Shown: positions 1 to 14,701 of the stretch, in pieces
Layout: each line of letters begins with the position of its first letter
Numbering within the stretch: position 1 is the first letter of the stretch
Origin: Camelus ferus
Lineage: Eukaryota
Assembly: GCF_009834535.1 (NCBI RefSeq)
Contig: NC_045698.1
Coordinates: 14,014,001 to 14,078,000 of the forward strand
Direction: 5' to 3'
Length of the DNA: 64,000 nt
The notes under the pieces: generated by a model
Told to the model about the DNA's origin: nothing
The model's input: only the letters and a program-made list of their open reading frames with translations
Database searches by the model: none
Made by a program: the position numbers and the translations under genes

Positions 1-344
1 AAAGTACAGAGGATGTAAGCAAAATTCTATTTAGGAAAATTAATAAAATCTTTTAAATGAAAATTAATGACAGAAAGTGATAACCAAGAGTATTTTTTTC
101 CCATATGCTCATCTATTTTGAATTCGCAACTTATGTGACAACAAGAAAATAAGAAAAAATAATTTGCACATATTTTAAAGCAGATATAGAAAGTCTTAAA
201 GAAGGTAAAATATAAACTTTGATTGATATTAAAAGGTATTTCACATTCTTGAGTCCATATTTCACTAGCTTAACAATCATGTTGCTGCAATGCCCAGTAC
301 ATAGATTCTCAAGTTAATTTATAATTAAGCTTTCTGTGTGTACG

Positions 345-482
345 TGTATGATGGCAGGGGCAGGTTGTTAATCTTTACCTTTTATTCCTATTACCTGCTA
401 GAAGCTCTGGCACTTTGTTGGAGATGAATGTTAATGAGTGTTTATTGAATGGTAATGAATACTTGTTGAATAAATGAATGAC
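345..482 (+). mobile_element. L2 LINE 3' end relic
   Basis: ggcaggggc... leading to tgttgaataaatgaatga, the typical L2 tail. Confidence 0.5.
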
Positions 483-1739
483 AAGGTCAACTACATATGA
501 TGAATTACATCATACAATAAGGTCAGAAGGCTTAGGTGGCACTTCAAGAGGGATCGCTAGGAGAAATTATGTCAAGAGGAGAGGAGATCTTGCTACAGTT
601 TGGGAACAGTGCTTAGTAACACCTAAGACAGTGCCTGAGACAGAGTGGTGCTCAGGTAATTAGCATCGATTGAACCCGGGGCTTTGTCCTTTATTCCACT
701 TGATTGCCTTTGGTACAACAAAATACCACTTTCCCGGTGTGTGACTGTGTGCACACGTCCGTGCGTGCGTGTGTGAAACGGACAGGGAATTAAAGTGCCA
801 GGACTGTGTGTGTGCATACAGAACAATGCAGCAATTGGTTGGAAGGATACACTCATAATTATTATTTTTTTCTATTGACCATCTGTCTCCAAACTAATGA
901 TTTTTTTTTTATTGAGTAAGTACACATTAGGGGCATAAACTGTGGTTATGTTGTATCTTTGCTACAAAGGCTACTTTCAAAAAAAATCATCACAGGCTTA
1001 AATCTAAGGATGCAGGGCTCTTGGATATTAGATATCATTTTGCTACCCAGAGAGAGATCAAATGAATGATCACTGATCTGCTTATACAACAGAAATAGCT
1101 TGTCGACTCCAAGAAAAACTAAGAACACATTCAAAGCCTGAAAATGTAATAGACTTTTTTTTGCCTGACATACAATCAGTTACAAAAATAGTCACAAAAT
1201 TGCAATTATTGTTCCGAAGTTGACTGACAGTGACACATGGGCTTGTTCTCTACATAGGTTTCCACATGGCAATCAGCATCCTAGGGGCTGCAATCAGGAA
1301 TAGGTTACTGCTCCCTGAGTTGACACTTGGATAACTTCAGCTCTTTGAGTCAAAGTCAGAATTTATTGCAAGCACCAGGTATATCAACCTTTAACTTCAA
1401 CTACAACCAAAGTTAAATTTCCTTACATGTGTGAGAAGGTTAAACAATTTCCAGAAGTGAGCTTATCTTCAACATCGCCAATCAAAAGCTAGAACATACC
1501 CTCAAACACAGAAGTTAAAAGAAGGTTGATTGCACTCCTGTTACCCAATGTCAAATAAGATTATATATTTCCACAGTTATTTACTTATACATTGCAGTGC
1601 CACTTTATTGCAATTAAATTATATTACAATGATAATTCCTTGGTATGATTTGTATGTGTGTGGTTCTGCGTGTGTGTGTCCATGTGTATAAGTCTCTAAA
1701 TATTCACATCTATCCTGACACGAAATTAAGGGAGGCATT

Positions 1740-1872
1740 TTTATTCCCATTTTATAAGGGAGAAAATTGAAGCTTAGGGTCAAGAACTGATTTAATTAGG
1801 CCACATGGGGAGCATATGATGGAAAAGAAATGGAACTCTATCATCTAAATCTGGATCCAATGTTCACACTCT
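1740..1872 (-). mobile_element. MIR SINE fragment
   Basis: ttattcccattttataagggagaaaattgaagcttag resembles the MIR core attcccattttacagatgaggaaactgaggc. Confidence 0.6.
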
Positions 1873-4800
1873 TATAAAATTTGCTTCCCAGAGCTTACCA
1901 GTGATCTTTTGCCTTTTTTCAGATCATGTCTGAACTTCAAAGTAAATGCAATATTACATTTCATTCAAGTTAACTGTCTCTTTAAGTTGGAACCCTGGAA
2001 GCAAATGAAAACTCAGAATTTTTATTGGCATTTGAAGGAGTTTTGTTCACCAGTACAGTTTTACATGTCCCCACAGAAAAGACTATTTAATTACTAAAAG
2101 CAAATCAACTGCTTTATTTCATAGATTTCAAAGATTAGGTAACTATAGGCCATTTGTGTTCCAGACCAGTTAGCTGTAATGGGTCATTCATCCTTGGAAT
2201 TACCACATAGTATCATATAAATATCTCATGGGACAAATAAGCCTCATTGCTCTATTTTGTTATGATTTAAAAATGGTTGAATAGGTTGTGGTAGTCATGA
2301 GTGCATGGAGTTTAATTAATTTTTAATAAAGACCATTAACTTAAGTATAGACTTTTTTCATCTGTCTAAAACTTTCATGTAAATAATTCTTTAAACACTC
2401 TTTAAAAAAAAAAACTTGTGTCTTGATTTGGGGCTTAAAAATACATTCATGATAAACTTAGAAGAAACTGTAAGTGTCAGTGTACTTTATGGGCAAAGAT
2501 GCACTACAGAGGATATAGGGATATTGCAAATTAACATAACCTTTAGTGACAGAGAGAGTGGAGTTTGTCTAAATGCTGTCACCACTGAAAAGAGTTTTCA
2601 GTGGAATCTCATTTTGAATATGATTTATTATCTAAAAAGAGACCACAGGAGCCACCCAGTTGTTCTCAATAATACCCAACATATTCACTATTTATAAAGG
2701 TGGCTTAAAATAAGATCGGACATATTTTGTCTCATTCTATAGGGAATGTACGATGGACGCAGTTAATTTATATAATTGTAAGGGCCAGTTCAGAAGTTTT
2801 GTTTTGTTTCCTGGTAATTTTTTTTCTTTAAATCTGAGAAGGAGGATTTAGACTTTGATTTCATTCCATTAACTGAACAAAGTTAACATTTCAGAGCCTA
2901 GCAGATACAAGACAAGGAACAGACACTGACAGGATGAATGAATTAGTTGAAATAAATCCTACAATAAGTAATTTTGCTTTTATATGAAATATAGAAGTAC
3001 CTGGAAGCTTCAGTTGAAACACAAACCATTTTTTTAACAAAGAAAAAAATATCTGGAGAAGTAGAAGGTAACACCTGTTTTATGGGCTAAAAATATGATT
3101 CTCCGCCCACATATGTCCCAATATTTGGCAGATACTACAGGTGATTCTCTGATTTTTCAAATACAAAAGGAAATTAAATCTCATGGTTTATTGGAATGAC
3201 AATAATTAGCTATAAATCAATCTCAGTGGCATACTTCACATAACTCATGTTAATAGAACAACATAAAACTGATACATCATGTAAATTGTATTCTAAATGC
3301 AAAATCATATATTAAATATGTATTCATTTTGACTGTAGACATATTGGTTTCCATAAGTGGTCTATATTTGAATCATTAATGTGTGATATAAAGAATTCCT
3401 TTTTACTCGTCAGGACACTAGCAAACTGCAAAGCAGGGATCATTTTACTCAAGGTTTATTAATAAACTTGACCATATCTTCCCATGATACTATAGAAAAT
3501 CATCAGAAGAAAACTGACACAGTGATATGATTGGACTATGAGTTCCCAGAGACAGAGTGAACCCATCTAAGCCTGTGTGGCTTCCGTTCAGTGATCCGCC
3601 TCTCTCTCCCTCAGATGAACGCAAGCCCTGTCCAGGGAAGCAGTTTGTATCTTGCCTGCTCCAAGTCTCTTATTAGTCAGGGATGCCTTACGGAAATCCA
3701 CACGGAATCTTCCTCCTGTTCCCGGCAGGTGACACATTTCTAAATACCATAAACACTGCACTTCTCAATTGCAGATAAATTCTACGTCTGTTTATATATT
3801 CCTGTCTTATCAAACCTGGGAGCTATTTTATCATGTCTGCAAAGAACTGTATACATTACGGAACCAAAAACTTCAACCTGTAGCTAAGAATAGGTCACAT
3901 TCTTGATAATGAACTTATTCAGAGGAAATAATTGATGTGAATCCATATTTTAAAATATGGATGTTTTCTGAAAATAAATTAGCTTTATCTGTTTTTCTAA
4001 GAACATTACTACTATTTTGTAATTTTGTACACTGAGCTCAAAGACATTATTCTGTTTATAGCTACTTGAAACACAATTTAGTAGATACATAGAAAATTAA
4101 AATCAGAGATAGCAACCCTTTGGAATCCAAATGTCAAGAAAGTGGTTTTCTGTATTGCGTATGTTGAATTTGACTCAATAAATAATAAAATATTTCCAAA
4201 GGTTAGATATTTATCTTTAAAGTAGCTATATCTTTGAAATTATGATATGAGTTAAAAATTACCTTCAATCCAAAGTCAGTGCATGAATAGGCAGAATGTC
4301 ATAGATAGGAAACTGCATAGTAAAAATTGAAAGTAGGCAAAATTTTCATCCATAAAAATCATTGAATCATTTTAGATAACTGTGTGTGAAATTAAAATAA
4401 AAGAATGAATCCATAGAAATGAAAATTTTGTAAAAAGAGGGAAGAGGGAGAGGGGGAGAGCTCTAAGTGTATGTGTTTCAATGTTTATGTGCCTTGAAGA
4501 GACCATGGTAGGTGACTGGACCCCTTGGACTTCAGAGAAACGCTCATCAACTAAGGTTTGACTTGAAAGTGAAATAGCAGAACATGACTATCAACTGGAT
4601 GCTCTCAGCATAAGGTATAACGGTAGTTTTCATCATAAATATTCCTTAGGACTTTCATGTCAGTGTGTTTCTCTTTTCTACAAGGTCTAAAACATAACTG
4701 AGTCTTCTCTATAGGGCAACAGTAGCAAAACAGAGCACAAGTTAGACCCTAACCAGCATTCCCTCTGTTTTGAAATACTGAATGAGTTATATTCCAGCTA

Positions 4801-5559
4801 ATACCTGCCTTCGTGTTTCTAATACAGCATCATTTCAGTGATCAGGGTCTTTATGTAATAGGTTAATTCAGCATGTACTCAGGCTAAATAATGTTTCCAA
4901 ATTATACTTCAAAAAAAATAAGTGAAACCAGTATCCAGACCACAGTATGTAGATTCCGTCTTTCCACCAAGGAACACGTCCATATTCTAAAGATGTCTTT
5001 AGACCAAAAGTGTTTTGTATGTTCAATTTGTTCCAGATATTACTTAATACACTCTTACAACATTTTCCCCAGAGATATCCCTCTTCTGTTTTACCTTGTG
5101 AAAAAGACAGATTCAATTATTTGCCTAAAGTAGTCATTATCCTATGCCCCATCAAAATTATTTAGCTTTTGAGTACATAAGAGTCTGCACAATTTATCCT
5201 CTGAATGAGAGTTATAAACTGAACTCCAACTGCTTGCTTAGAACATCCATGCTATACTTGCAGGGAGCAAATAACACCAATGTCATTCAAAGGCACATAT
5301 CTAAACAACAGGAAAATCTTATCAGAGACAGAAAAGGTTTTAAGGAGATGAGAAAATTAAATTTAAGGCAACAGACATTTGTTTCCTTTTTTTTTGGTGG
5401 TAAAATATACATAACACAAAATGGCACTGGGTGTGTTTTAGTCGCTTACCCTAATGCAATGCTATACGCTAGGAGGTGTGGATAAACAAAGACAAAATAG
5501 GCATGTTTGGTCTCAAGAATAATGCAGTGTAGTCATATATACAATATAGAAATATATGC

Positions 5560-5890
5560 GCAGAAAAAAGAAGACACGAATGAACTTATCTACGCCACAG
5601 AAACAGACTCAACAGACATAGTAAATAAGCTTATGGCTACCAGCGGGAGAAGGGATGGGAAGGGACAAATTGGGAGTTTGAAATGTGTAAATACCAACTT
5701 CTGTATATAAAATAGATAAAAAACAAATTTCTGCTGTATAGCACAGGGAACTATATTCACTATCTTGTAATAAACTATAATGAAAAAGAATATGAAAACA
5801 AATATATGTACATATATATATGACTAAAACATTATGCTGGACACCAGAAATTGACACATTGTAACTGACTATATACCTCAATAAAAAATA
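5560..5890 (+). mobile_element. L1 3' UTR fragment, lineage-specific subfamily
   Basis: acagaaacagactc...tgtatagcacagggaactatattc...gacacattgtaactgactata...aataaaaaataaa; same 3' UTR type as 51575-52189. Confidence 0.85.
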
Positions 5891-5971
5891 AACATAAATA
5901 ATGACCATATTAGTCAAAATGGATATGTACATTAGGAGCTATCCTTGGTATCTCAAATATATTATCTCTTA

Positions 5972-6070
5972 ATCTCCAAAATCATCATGTAAGATACTTA
6001 CTGGTTTTCTCATTCTACAGATGATGAAATATAGACTCAGACAGAATAAATTACTTTTCTGAAGTCAAAC
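5972..6070 (-). mobile_element. MIR fragment
   Basis: ctcattctacagatgatgaaatatagactcagacag, MIR core-like. Confidence 0.55.
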
Positions 6071-9000
6071 CATTAACTCTTTCCATTTTGCCATGCTCAT
6101 TTTCTCACATAAATGTAGTTACTGGAGATCATTTGATTGAGGTAGCCCACAGATAGTGTATCGGAATGGTTCATTGAGAAAGAGATGACAAAAGAAATTG
6201 AAAAAAAATTAAAAGCTTTAGTCTCCATGTCTCAATAAATTATTTCATTGTTGAGTATTCTATTATCCTGCCCTATTCTCCAGTACTTTCTCTCATCCAT
6301 CGAGAATCTTCATTTTTGATTTTCCCGACGAGAAAGTGTTACAAACATGAATATTGAAAGGTGTTGAGGCAACATAAGGATTGAGAACGACAGCTATAAA
6401 TAAAAAGCTATATACTTGAGAAATACTGGAGAGAGAGCAATTCATTCTGAAAATCAAATCTGGTGCCATGAGTCATTCAGCTTTCTTGGCTCTTAATTAA
6501 ACTTAGAGAAGCTGGAGGTGTTAATATTATTGATTGTATTGACAAGCAGTTATCAAGTGCCTTAAATCAAACACTGTTCCTCTGGGTAGACCAGCCCTAT
6601 CAGTTGGTTCCAGCTAGTAGTTAATCCAGCAGTCAGCGGGTGGGAGAAGCTCACCAGTGTTTGGCAGGACTGAGGGGATGTGAACAACAATGAGCCATTT
6701 TGACAGGCGTACTGCTGTTGCTGGATTTGTTTTCAAGTGATGATATCAGAGGGAACTGAGCGCTTTGAGTGTGTAGAGGCGGTTTCAGTAAAACCATAAG
6801 CAAACCATAAATGCTCAGTGAGCAGAGGAAATGCCACATATAAGGCCTCATAAATATCTATTCACACAATGAATATATGAACAAATGCTTTGAGAATGTG
6901 GAACAAATGTCAGTGGTGGGCCATAACTGGATGATATTGACACATACATCTATATAATTTATAATCATATCATAACTTATAAAATGTCCATTCTAGGTAG
7001 GTAAATAGATAGCAGAAGGCTTTTCAAAGCTGTGTGTGATGTATTTTTTGCATTTATTTTAGTTGTCAGAGGTTTGCATGTGCAACTTCTGCATAGGGAA
7101 GGATTGGGACCACAAAGCCCTCATCTGTTAATACTTAAGTTGCTGCTGCTTTGGATGAATGCTTCACAAACTAAGACTGACAGTCTCCTGTGGGTCTTTT
7201 GCAAGCACGGTTCTGCCGATGGCAAAGTGTGCCTGTTGGTCCGTTCCCATGGACTCCCAGGACTGTGCATGTATTCGTGTTCCTGAGCATTCCCAGTAGG
7301 AAGGGCTTTTATTTTTCTCTCACAAGAATAGACCATGGGCCTTGTTGCTAGCATAACAGTTTCTTTACAATTTTCATTCTGTGAAACTCGTTAGTTATCA
7401 TCAGAGTCAGAGGAAAAATTAGATAATCTTTTTTTAAAAAGCATAGAAATTTGAGTGACTAATGTGGAACAATACAGTGAGAAAAAAAGATGAAGATGGA
7501 AAATGAGCAAGGTCAAGAAATACAGAGAACAAATAGTGACTGCAATGAGTCAATTATTGTGAATAGAAATAAAACCAGTAGTAGAGATACAGAAAGGATG
7601 AGAAATACAATTGAAATATTAAAATGTTTAAGCCATGCATATCTGGGGAAATATTTAACAAAATGGGAAACACGTGTGTTTTGAAAGAAGGCTGACGTAT
7701 CTCTGCAAAGGAAGGACACAGGTAGCTCTGGGAAGGATGAAGAATTACTTCTATCCAGAAAACCATTCCTACTGTACCACTGCTTGGAGAAGGGGAAGTC
7801 CCCTTGTAGGTGTCAGGTGAGCACAAGTAAAGCAAAGAAGATCTATTATTTCTCTGCATAACAATCAAGTTTCTGTGGAACATTCTGGAAGGTGTTGAGA
7901 AGATGGAAGCAAGAAAAAGTGTCCCAAAGAGTAAGGGAGAGGGAACTCCTTTGAAATAAAATGACAATTTAAACTTCCTATGGGTCAGATTAATGAAGAA
8001 TCTGGAACATTTAATTTTCTGTTTCAAGTTGGTTTCTTTTTGCATAGATTGGAAGTAACTCCCACACTTCCTCAACCTTCAAAAAATTCTGGTTCCTCCA
8101 GAATCCTGTGTTTTGTGCAAGACAGGATTGGCAATTCTGTTCTCCAGCAGTAGACTGAAGACAGCAAACTAATAGGAGCTAAAATTGGGCTTTGGACCTG
8201 GCAAGCAGAGGAGAAGCTTCTTCCCTACTTCTACTTTTCAAACCAGGAAACTTCAGAATACTGGCAACAGCAGTTTTCTTTCCACACTGCATGGGATGGG
8301 AGCTTGCACTATTTATTTAAATTTTAAAAGACAGGTTTATTGCAAAAATTTGGAAGAGTTAGGCACATAAGACCAAAGAAAAAGAGAAACGAGAAAGGGA
8401 AAAAATAGAAAAATAAATATTCTTAACAATCACAATATAATTACCATTTTCTGATTCAGATGTTCAACCTCTCTAAATTCAATAAGTAAAAGATAGGAAA
8501 ATTTTTGAAAAATGAAATAGTTACGGTAAACCATGGTAATAACACAAAATGAGAGTTAGTATTAGAAACTGGTGTTATATTGGAAACCACCCTCCCCAAA
8601 TCATATTTCATTTTTATTAATATAGTGTTGTCTTCTATATGTCACATAATGTACTAACCATTATGGAAAATACAAAGATGAGTTATGGAAATTCTCAAGA
8701 AGTTTGCTTTCTAGGAATTCATTTTTCAATTATATACATATAAAATGTGTTGGTTTTCTTTGTGACTTTGCAACTCATTAGTGATTTTTTTTAATGATAA
8801 TGCCCCCAAATACTTAATTTTCTAACAGTAGTTACATGTTCATTTCTGGCATTCATTTGAGAAAGATCCTAAATTAGAAGGTTACATGTCTAACAAAAAC
8901 AGAAAAATAAAGAAAGATGTTTATAGAAGACTAAAGATGAGGCACATGTTAGAAAGTATAAGAAAAATAATAGTTACGAAAAAATGAAAGTCCCAGTGAA

Positions 9001-9177
9001 AATAAATCACTTTTTCTACAGAACTTTCATAAACTTAGCTTTATACTTAGAGTTAGATAATGTATCCCCTCAATAAAAATAATAAGAAGCCTATTTCCCC
9101 GTGTAAGGTGCTATTTGGGACCCGGATTGGAGCACAACAAAAACATGGTCCTGTTCACACCTTACAGGAGCTGTGAT

Positions 9178-9493
9178 GATATCACTTATATGTGAAATCT
9201 GAAAAAGTTAAACCTGTAAAAAACAGAATAAAATATTGGTCACCAGGCGACAGTGGGGATGGGAGGATAAGAGTGATGGTTTTTGAGAGTGCAAACTTGT
9301 AACAACTATTAAATAATCCACAGAGATCAAATGTACAGTATAGTGAATGTAGACAGTACTCCTGTACTATAATTATGTGATAAATATCACTACATCAGCA
9401 ATCATATTATAATAAGTAAATGTTTTAACACGGTGTACACCTTAAACTTATGCAATGTTACATGTCAAATTTATTCAATTAAAAAGAAAAAAA
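9178..9493 (+). mobile_element. L1 3' end, apparently inserted into an antisense L2 relic
   Basis: atatcacttatatgtgaaatct (ORF2 end) ... tgtacaccttaaacttatgcaatgttacatgtcaaatttattcaatt plus A tail. Flanks resemble L2 (catggtcctg...ggagct / ctcagagtagg). Confidence 0.8.
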
Positions 9494-11199
9494 GGAACTC
9501 TCAGAGTAGGAAAGAAATAACATATGGGCGAAAAAGGAGTATTTGCTACGTTTGATGAGGTCTACAAAAAAACGAGGTGAAAGATCGACAAGATTACTTC
9601 TCACTGAAGAGTACTGGGAACCAAGCAGACTTGTAGGAGTTTGCCAGGGAAGCATAAGCCACGCTAGAGTAATAGTCTCAGTGGAAAAATAATGCACAAA
9701 GCATGCTTGGCGTAGCTGGAAAGTTTAACAGAAGATAGATAGATAGATGATACAAACAATATTATCCTAAGGCAGTCTAGATTTCATTTTAAATATCTAA
9801 GATACTTGATGAGGGAAAAATCTAAGGACACCAGTGGGTTTGAAGTATACTTCATTCTGGGGCAGGGGAAGAAAGTAGCCTCAGAAAAAGCATAAAGGGA
9901 TGGGGGTAACGGAATTGCCTTCTGATTGCATTCCATAGATGATGCTTATTCAGGTTTAAAGACTAAACAAGGCAACTGGAATACTTCCCATGATCCATCT
10001 ATTCAATTTTCAAACATTAATCATCATGCAGGTAATATATTTCTCAGGCTAATACCTAGAGATCTGAGATATCAACATATCAACTCTTGGCATTTTCCTC
10101 AACAGTTACTATTGAGGAGAAGGATACGTAGACTTACGTTACAAAAGAAGATAAATCTGTTTTTTTTTTACCAGGAAGATATAGTATAAAATATGTTATA
10201 ATTAACCAACATCAATTCCTATCATTTACTATCAATACTATTTTATAGTCAATGAGATTATTTGTTTTCCCTTCCTAGGAATAGCTGGTCAACTTTGTTA
10301 CAAAAAGTTGGTATTTGTGAAAAGCAGGTTCAATCGGCTTTATGTCTTTGTTTTCCTATTTAACAGCTTTATTTAAGTTTAATTTACATACCATGGCTTT
10401 CATTTAAGTGTCCAATTCAAGCTGATTTAATTGTATGGATCCAAGGCTGCACAAATAGTGTAACTAACAAGGAATCCTAATCTATAATTTTGTTTCATGA
10501 GAATTATGAGCATCACAATTAAATTCAATAGATATTATTAATTCTGTTCATGTCAATCGGACATGATAGATCCTAGTTACCCAGGAGAAGAGCTATCTGA
10601 CTTCTCTAGTGCCTACAAAATACTTTGCTACTTCTTGATAATAGTAATGTTTCTTTTCAAATAAGCATTCTCAATGGAGTATCAGAGAAAATAGCCTCTG
10701 GTTCCATTCTCTGATCTCACAAATATCAACCATTAATATAAATTCTGATATTTAGTTGAAGTCAGAGTGAAAAATTTCCCTTTCCAGTTTAATATTGGCA
10801 CCAGAACCATGAAATCACTACTCAGGTCCAGAGAGCAGTGTGTCATCTGTGGATCATGGATTTTGGACTGAGAGGAGTGAAAGTTGTCTGGGGAGCCTGC
10901 TCTACACCTGCCTGGGCAGTGCATTGTGCTGTCAAGGTGATTTATTGGCACACAAAGCACATTTCACCAAGATCCAGCTATCAGCATTGAATGTGTCTGT
11001 ACATAAAAATAACCTCACCAGTCACTACACTGCCAGCCTTTTGCTCAGCAGTCTTTGGCTTATAACTTTCACTCTGTGTGCTTGTAGTTGTGTGATCACA
11101 AGACAGCATAGCTACCATTTTTCCAATGATTACATATGTGTTTAAATTTGGAAGATTGAAAGACCAAAGGACGAAGTGTTGGAGTCTGTATAGAGATGT

Positions 11200-11385
11200 C
11201 GAAACTTTCCTAGAAACCCCCAGTGGTCTTTCCTTTATATGCCACTGGCCAGAACTGGGTCACAAAAGCTATAAGTAGGTTGGGAAATATAGCTTTATAA
11301 CTGAGTTATGTTGCTACACTGAGAAAATCAGAGTTCTGATAGCATCAGCAAAATGAGAAACCAATATTGAGTGGACAACTATTTG
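11200..11385 (-). mobile_element. MLT1 (MaLR) LTR fragment, MLT1J/K-like
   Basis: cactggccagaactgggtcac...gaaaatcagagttctg...aatattgagtggacaact. Confidence 0.6.
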
Positions 11386-12627
11386 TGCCCATTATCATTC
11401 ATTAATTATTTCTTAAATGCTATAGAAAATGGACTTCTTGTATTATTAATCCCCATATACTCTGCTGCAGTTCAGGAACTGTTTAGAGTTCTTCCCTAAA
11501 GAAGACAAAGCATGACAATATTTCTTTCAGTAAATTGACAATATGGCACAGTTTTCAATTAGTGCATTCCATTTTTCTCTAAGAGAAGCAAATTCTTTAG
11601 CATTGAGATTATCCATTAATATTTTTGTATATTATGTAGTCAACCATAGAAAACATATTTGAAAATGTATCTATAATTATTTGTGCATACAATTATTATC
11701 ATTGTTATCATATGAATTAAAGATGGGCTAAGAAGGAGAAAAATTGACAAGACATTCTACTGTGGAACACTCTATCTTCTGCAGATACTGTGGACCACAG
11801 CTAAATACTGTAACTTCTTAGTTATTAGTAAATATAAAATATTGCTTTGGGGAAAAGAAAACTATATTCAAGTAGATTTTCATATTGAATTAAGAAAAAT
11901 TAATATTCAAATCCATAAAACCTTTAAAGATGCTTTATGTCTTTTATCCAAACATACACATTGATCTCTTCCACAAAAAATTCTTTTTGCTCATTTTCGA
12001 AATGAAATAAATCTGAAGAGGTTAAATAAAGTCAAAATTGGTGACATATTTAATTACATCATGCAGACTGAAGAATGTTACAAATCTTGTTTTCAGTTAC
12101 ATCCTAGGAAACTCATTTAAGCCTTCCGCTAAGTGCATTTTTATAGCTGATTGACTTCTACTACAAGATGTTAAGAAGAGGTCGTTTTGGGAATCAAAGT
12201 TATTGTTAGTCAAGACCTATGCATTAAAGACAATTAATTCACAGCAAGCACACCATTTTGCCTTTTCTAAAGACACTATTCTGAGTTGGGACAGTCAATT
12301 CTAAAGATAAAACACTGACTATTTTGTCTAACTTATTTCCCTTTAAGTAATCATTCCACATTTTCTAAAAGTATATTTCTCTCATTAATAACATTTACAA
12401 AAGCAACTTCGGCTGAAGTTTCAGAAAAGAAATTTATATAAAATTAAATAGTGGAACTCTCACTTTTTAAAATGTATAGTTATTTGGACTAAAAAATCTT
12501 TCACACAAAATCATTTTTTTTTCTATTTTATATAAGACTATCTCAAAGTCTGATTATGGCACACTATGTCATAATCTTGGAAATTCTTCTCAATCTTAAA
12601 GGATAAAGAGCAAAAATGACAGAAATT

Positions 12628-12790
12628 GACTGAGTACCTACATTTTCCCAAGAACTGGACTAAGAACACTGCATTTCTTTCCTCATAGAATAGGTATTAT
12701 CATTATAAATATTTATACAAGGAAACAGGTGCATAAAATTTAAGTGGCTTGATCAATTTTCTATGCTACAAAGTACATTCTGGGGTTTGA
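12628..12790 (-). mobile_element. MIR fragment
   Basis: tgactgagtacctac...taggtattatc...acaaggaaacaggtgcataaaatttaagtggctt. Confidence 0.5.
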
Positions 12791-13544
12791 CCATGAAGTA
12801 TTCCCAAGTCATTTTGAAATTAAGCTTGGTGTTTTGGAAAAATAATAAATACGAATTACTTTACTATATTAACTACACTGGTACATGACTAAATTTTTCT
12901 TTCATAGGAAGGCCAATGAAAACTTTATTATATTTACAATAATGCCTTGAAAAAATAAGTAGTGAATATTATTTGTGCCGTTAGAACCAACAGACATCAG
13001 GAGGTGTAGTACATTTCATTTGATGTCAACTATTCTGTTTCCTGTGGAATGGATGTCATTAGTGCAGAAAGGTTTGAGTGACAAGAGATTGGAAACCCAA
13101 TATCTATCATTTTTTTAACATCAAGTTGCAGAAACCACTCAAGTACTAAAATGTGCCAGAAGTGTTAAAAGATCTGTATGCTCTTGGTATATAATTAAAA
13201 GATAGCCTGTTTAGTCTTATTATTTGTATATCTTTGAAAATTAACTGTAGAATTTATCAACAGAAATGTTTTTAGCTACGATATTTTCTAATTAAATATC
13301 CATTTTAAAAACTAAATAGGAATGAAGACTGCATGAAAATCGATATATAATTTAAAATATTAATTCACCTATATGAAACTGCATAAATGTCTCAATAGTT
13401 CTTATTAGATGTGTGACTAAAAACCACTATGAGTACCATTTACACAGATACACGAACCCCATTATTGACTACTGCTGATTTAATGTTTCATGTTAATTTT
13501 GGTGAAAAGACCTGGTATTCATCATTGCTAGCACTAGAAACAAT

Positions 13545-14040
13545 TGTAAATAAACCTTAAACAGGATTTTGTAAGCCCGCATATCCCTATTCCCCTGAAA
13601 TCAGGTTTTAATCCAGGTTTTCAAGTTTCCTGAATTGATCATCAGGAAGATTCAACACACTTCCACGTAAAATAGGCAAGGAATAACTTAACACATCCGT
13701 ACCAGCTCAAAGAACAAGAAGTAATCTGTAAATTGTTGACTATGAAACAGGTAGCAAAGAAAACCATCAAATGACTATAAACACCATGGCCATTAAGAGA
13801 TTTGCATTCTCAGATAAAAACTTCACACCTACCCTTTGTGAATCTTCCATTCCATTTCTAAGACCCTGGAGAGAGACGTGGTAGATTTCTGCTTTTGTCT
13901 TTGACCTAAGTCAAGGGAAGGGTCCTTTTACAGCAACCCAATCGTGAAGTTTCTGCTATAACTACCTGACATAAATTCTGTAGTTCCCAAAGAAGCAAAG
14001 AAGCCTTGAATATACTGATTTATTTTTAAAGCAGCTGACA
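13545..14040 (+). mobile_element. Possible old ERV1-type solo LTR
   Basis: TG start, ...gcagctgaCA end, about 500 bp, decayed poly(A) signal (gaatatac). No clean target-site duplication (TSD). Confidence 0.3.
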
Positions 14041-14701
14041 TTATATTAACTGGAGTAGGGTTGAGATTTGAGTTGTGTTGATAAACAACCATCGGCCCAG
14101 ATTTCTCTTGACTTTGGTTCTCTGATCACTTTATATGGCTTTCTTATTTGGCTACCTTCCTCAAAATGTCTTGCTTAGGGTTAGTTTTCATGAACATTAA
14201 AATTGTTTCCCCACTTAATAACTCTAAAAATGTTTTCTTGCTGAGTTAAAAATCAATAATATTTAAGTAGAATTTATCATCATTAAGCCTACATTATTAT
14301 AATTTTTACATAAATCTGACCAAAAATATAATACAGCTTTTATATTTCATTATCATATCCTTTATTTTTTCATGGTCTTCTGTATCTTTCAAATAGTATT
14401 TAATGTTAAAATATCTCTCTTGAATGGGTATTCTTCTTTTGTTTTTATGCATTAAGCAAGCATCATGGAATAGTTACCTCAACAAAACTTATGCCAAACA
14501 TAAATTATTCGCAAGATTTTTGGTTCTTCATATTGATTAATGGAGTTCTAGTAGAAAGCAATACATAGCTTATTAAATAAATTGTGTATAGTATGGTAAC
14601 TCAAGAACTACACGATTCTTTTCTCTGGATCCATCAATTTACACATAGTTAATATAACAGAAAGCAAGACCTCATTGGCAGCTTGTCATTGAAAAATCAT
14701 C

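Noticed and set aside
7554..8075. 173-aa ORF and the other 60-145 aa ORFs in unique sequence
   Set aside because: No recognisable domains, often non-ATG starts, and lengths expected by chance.
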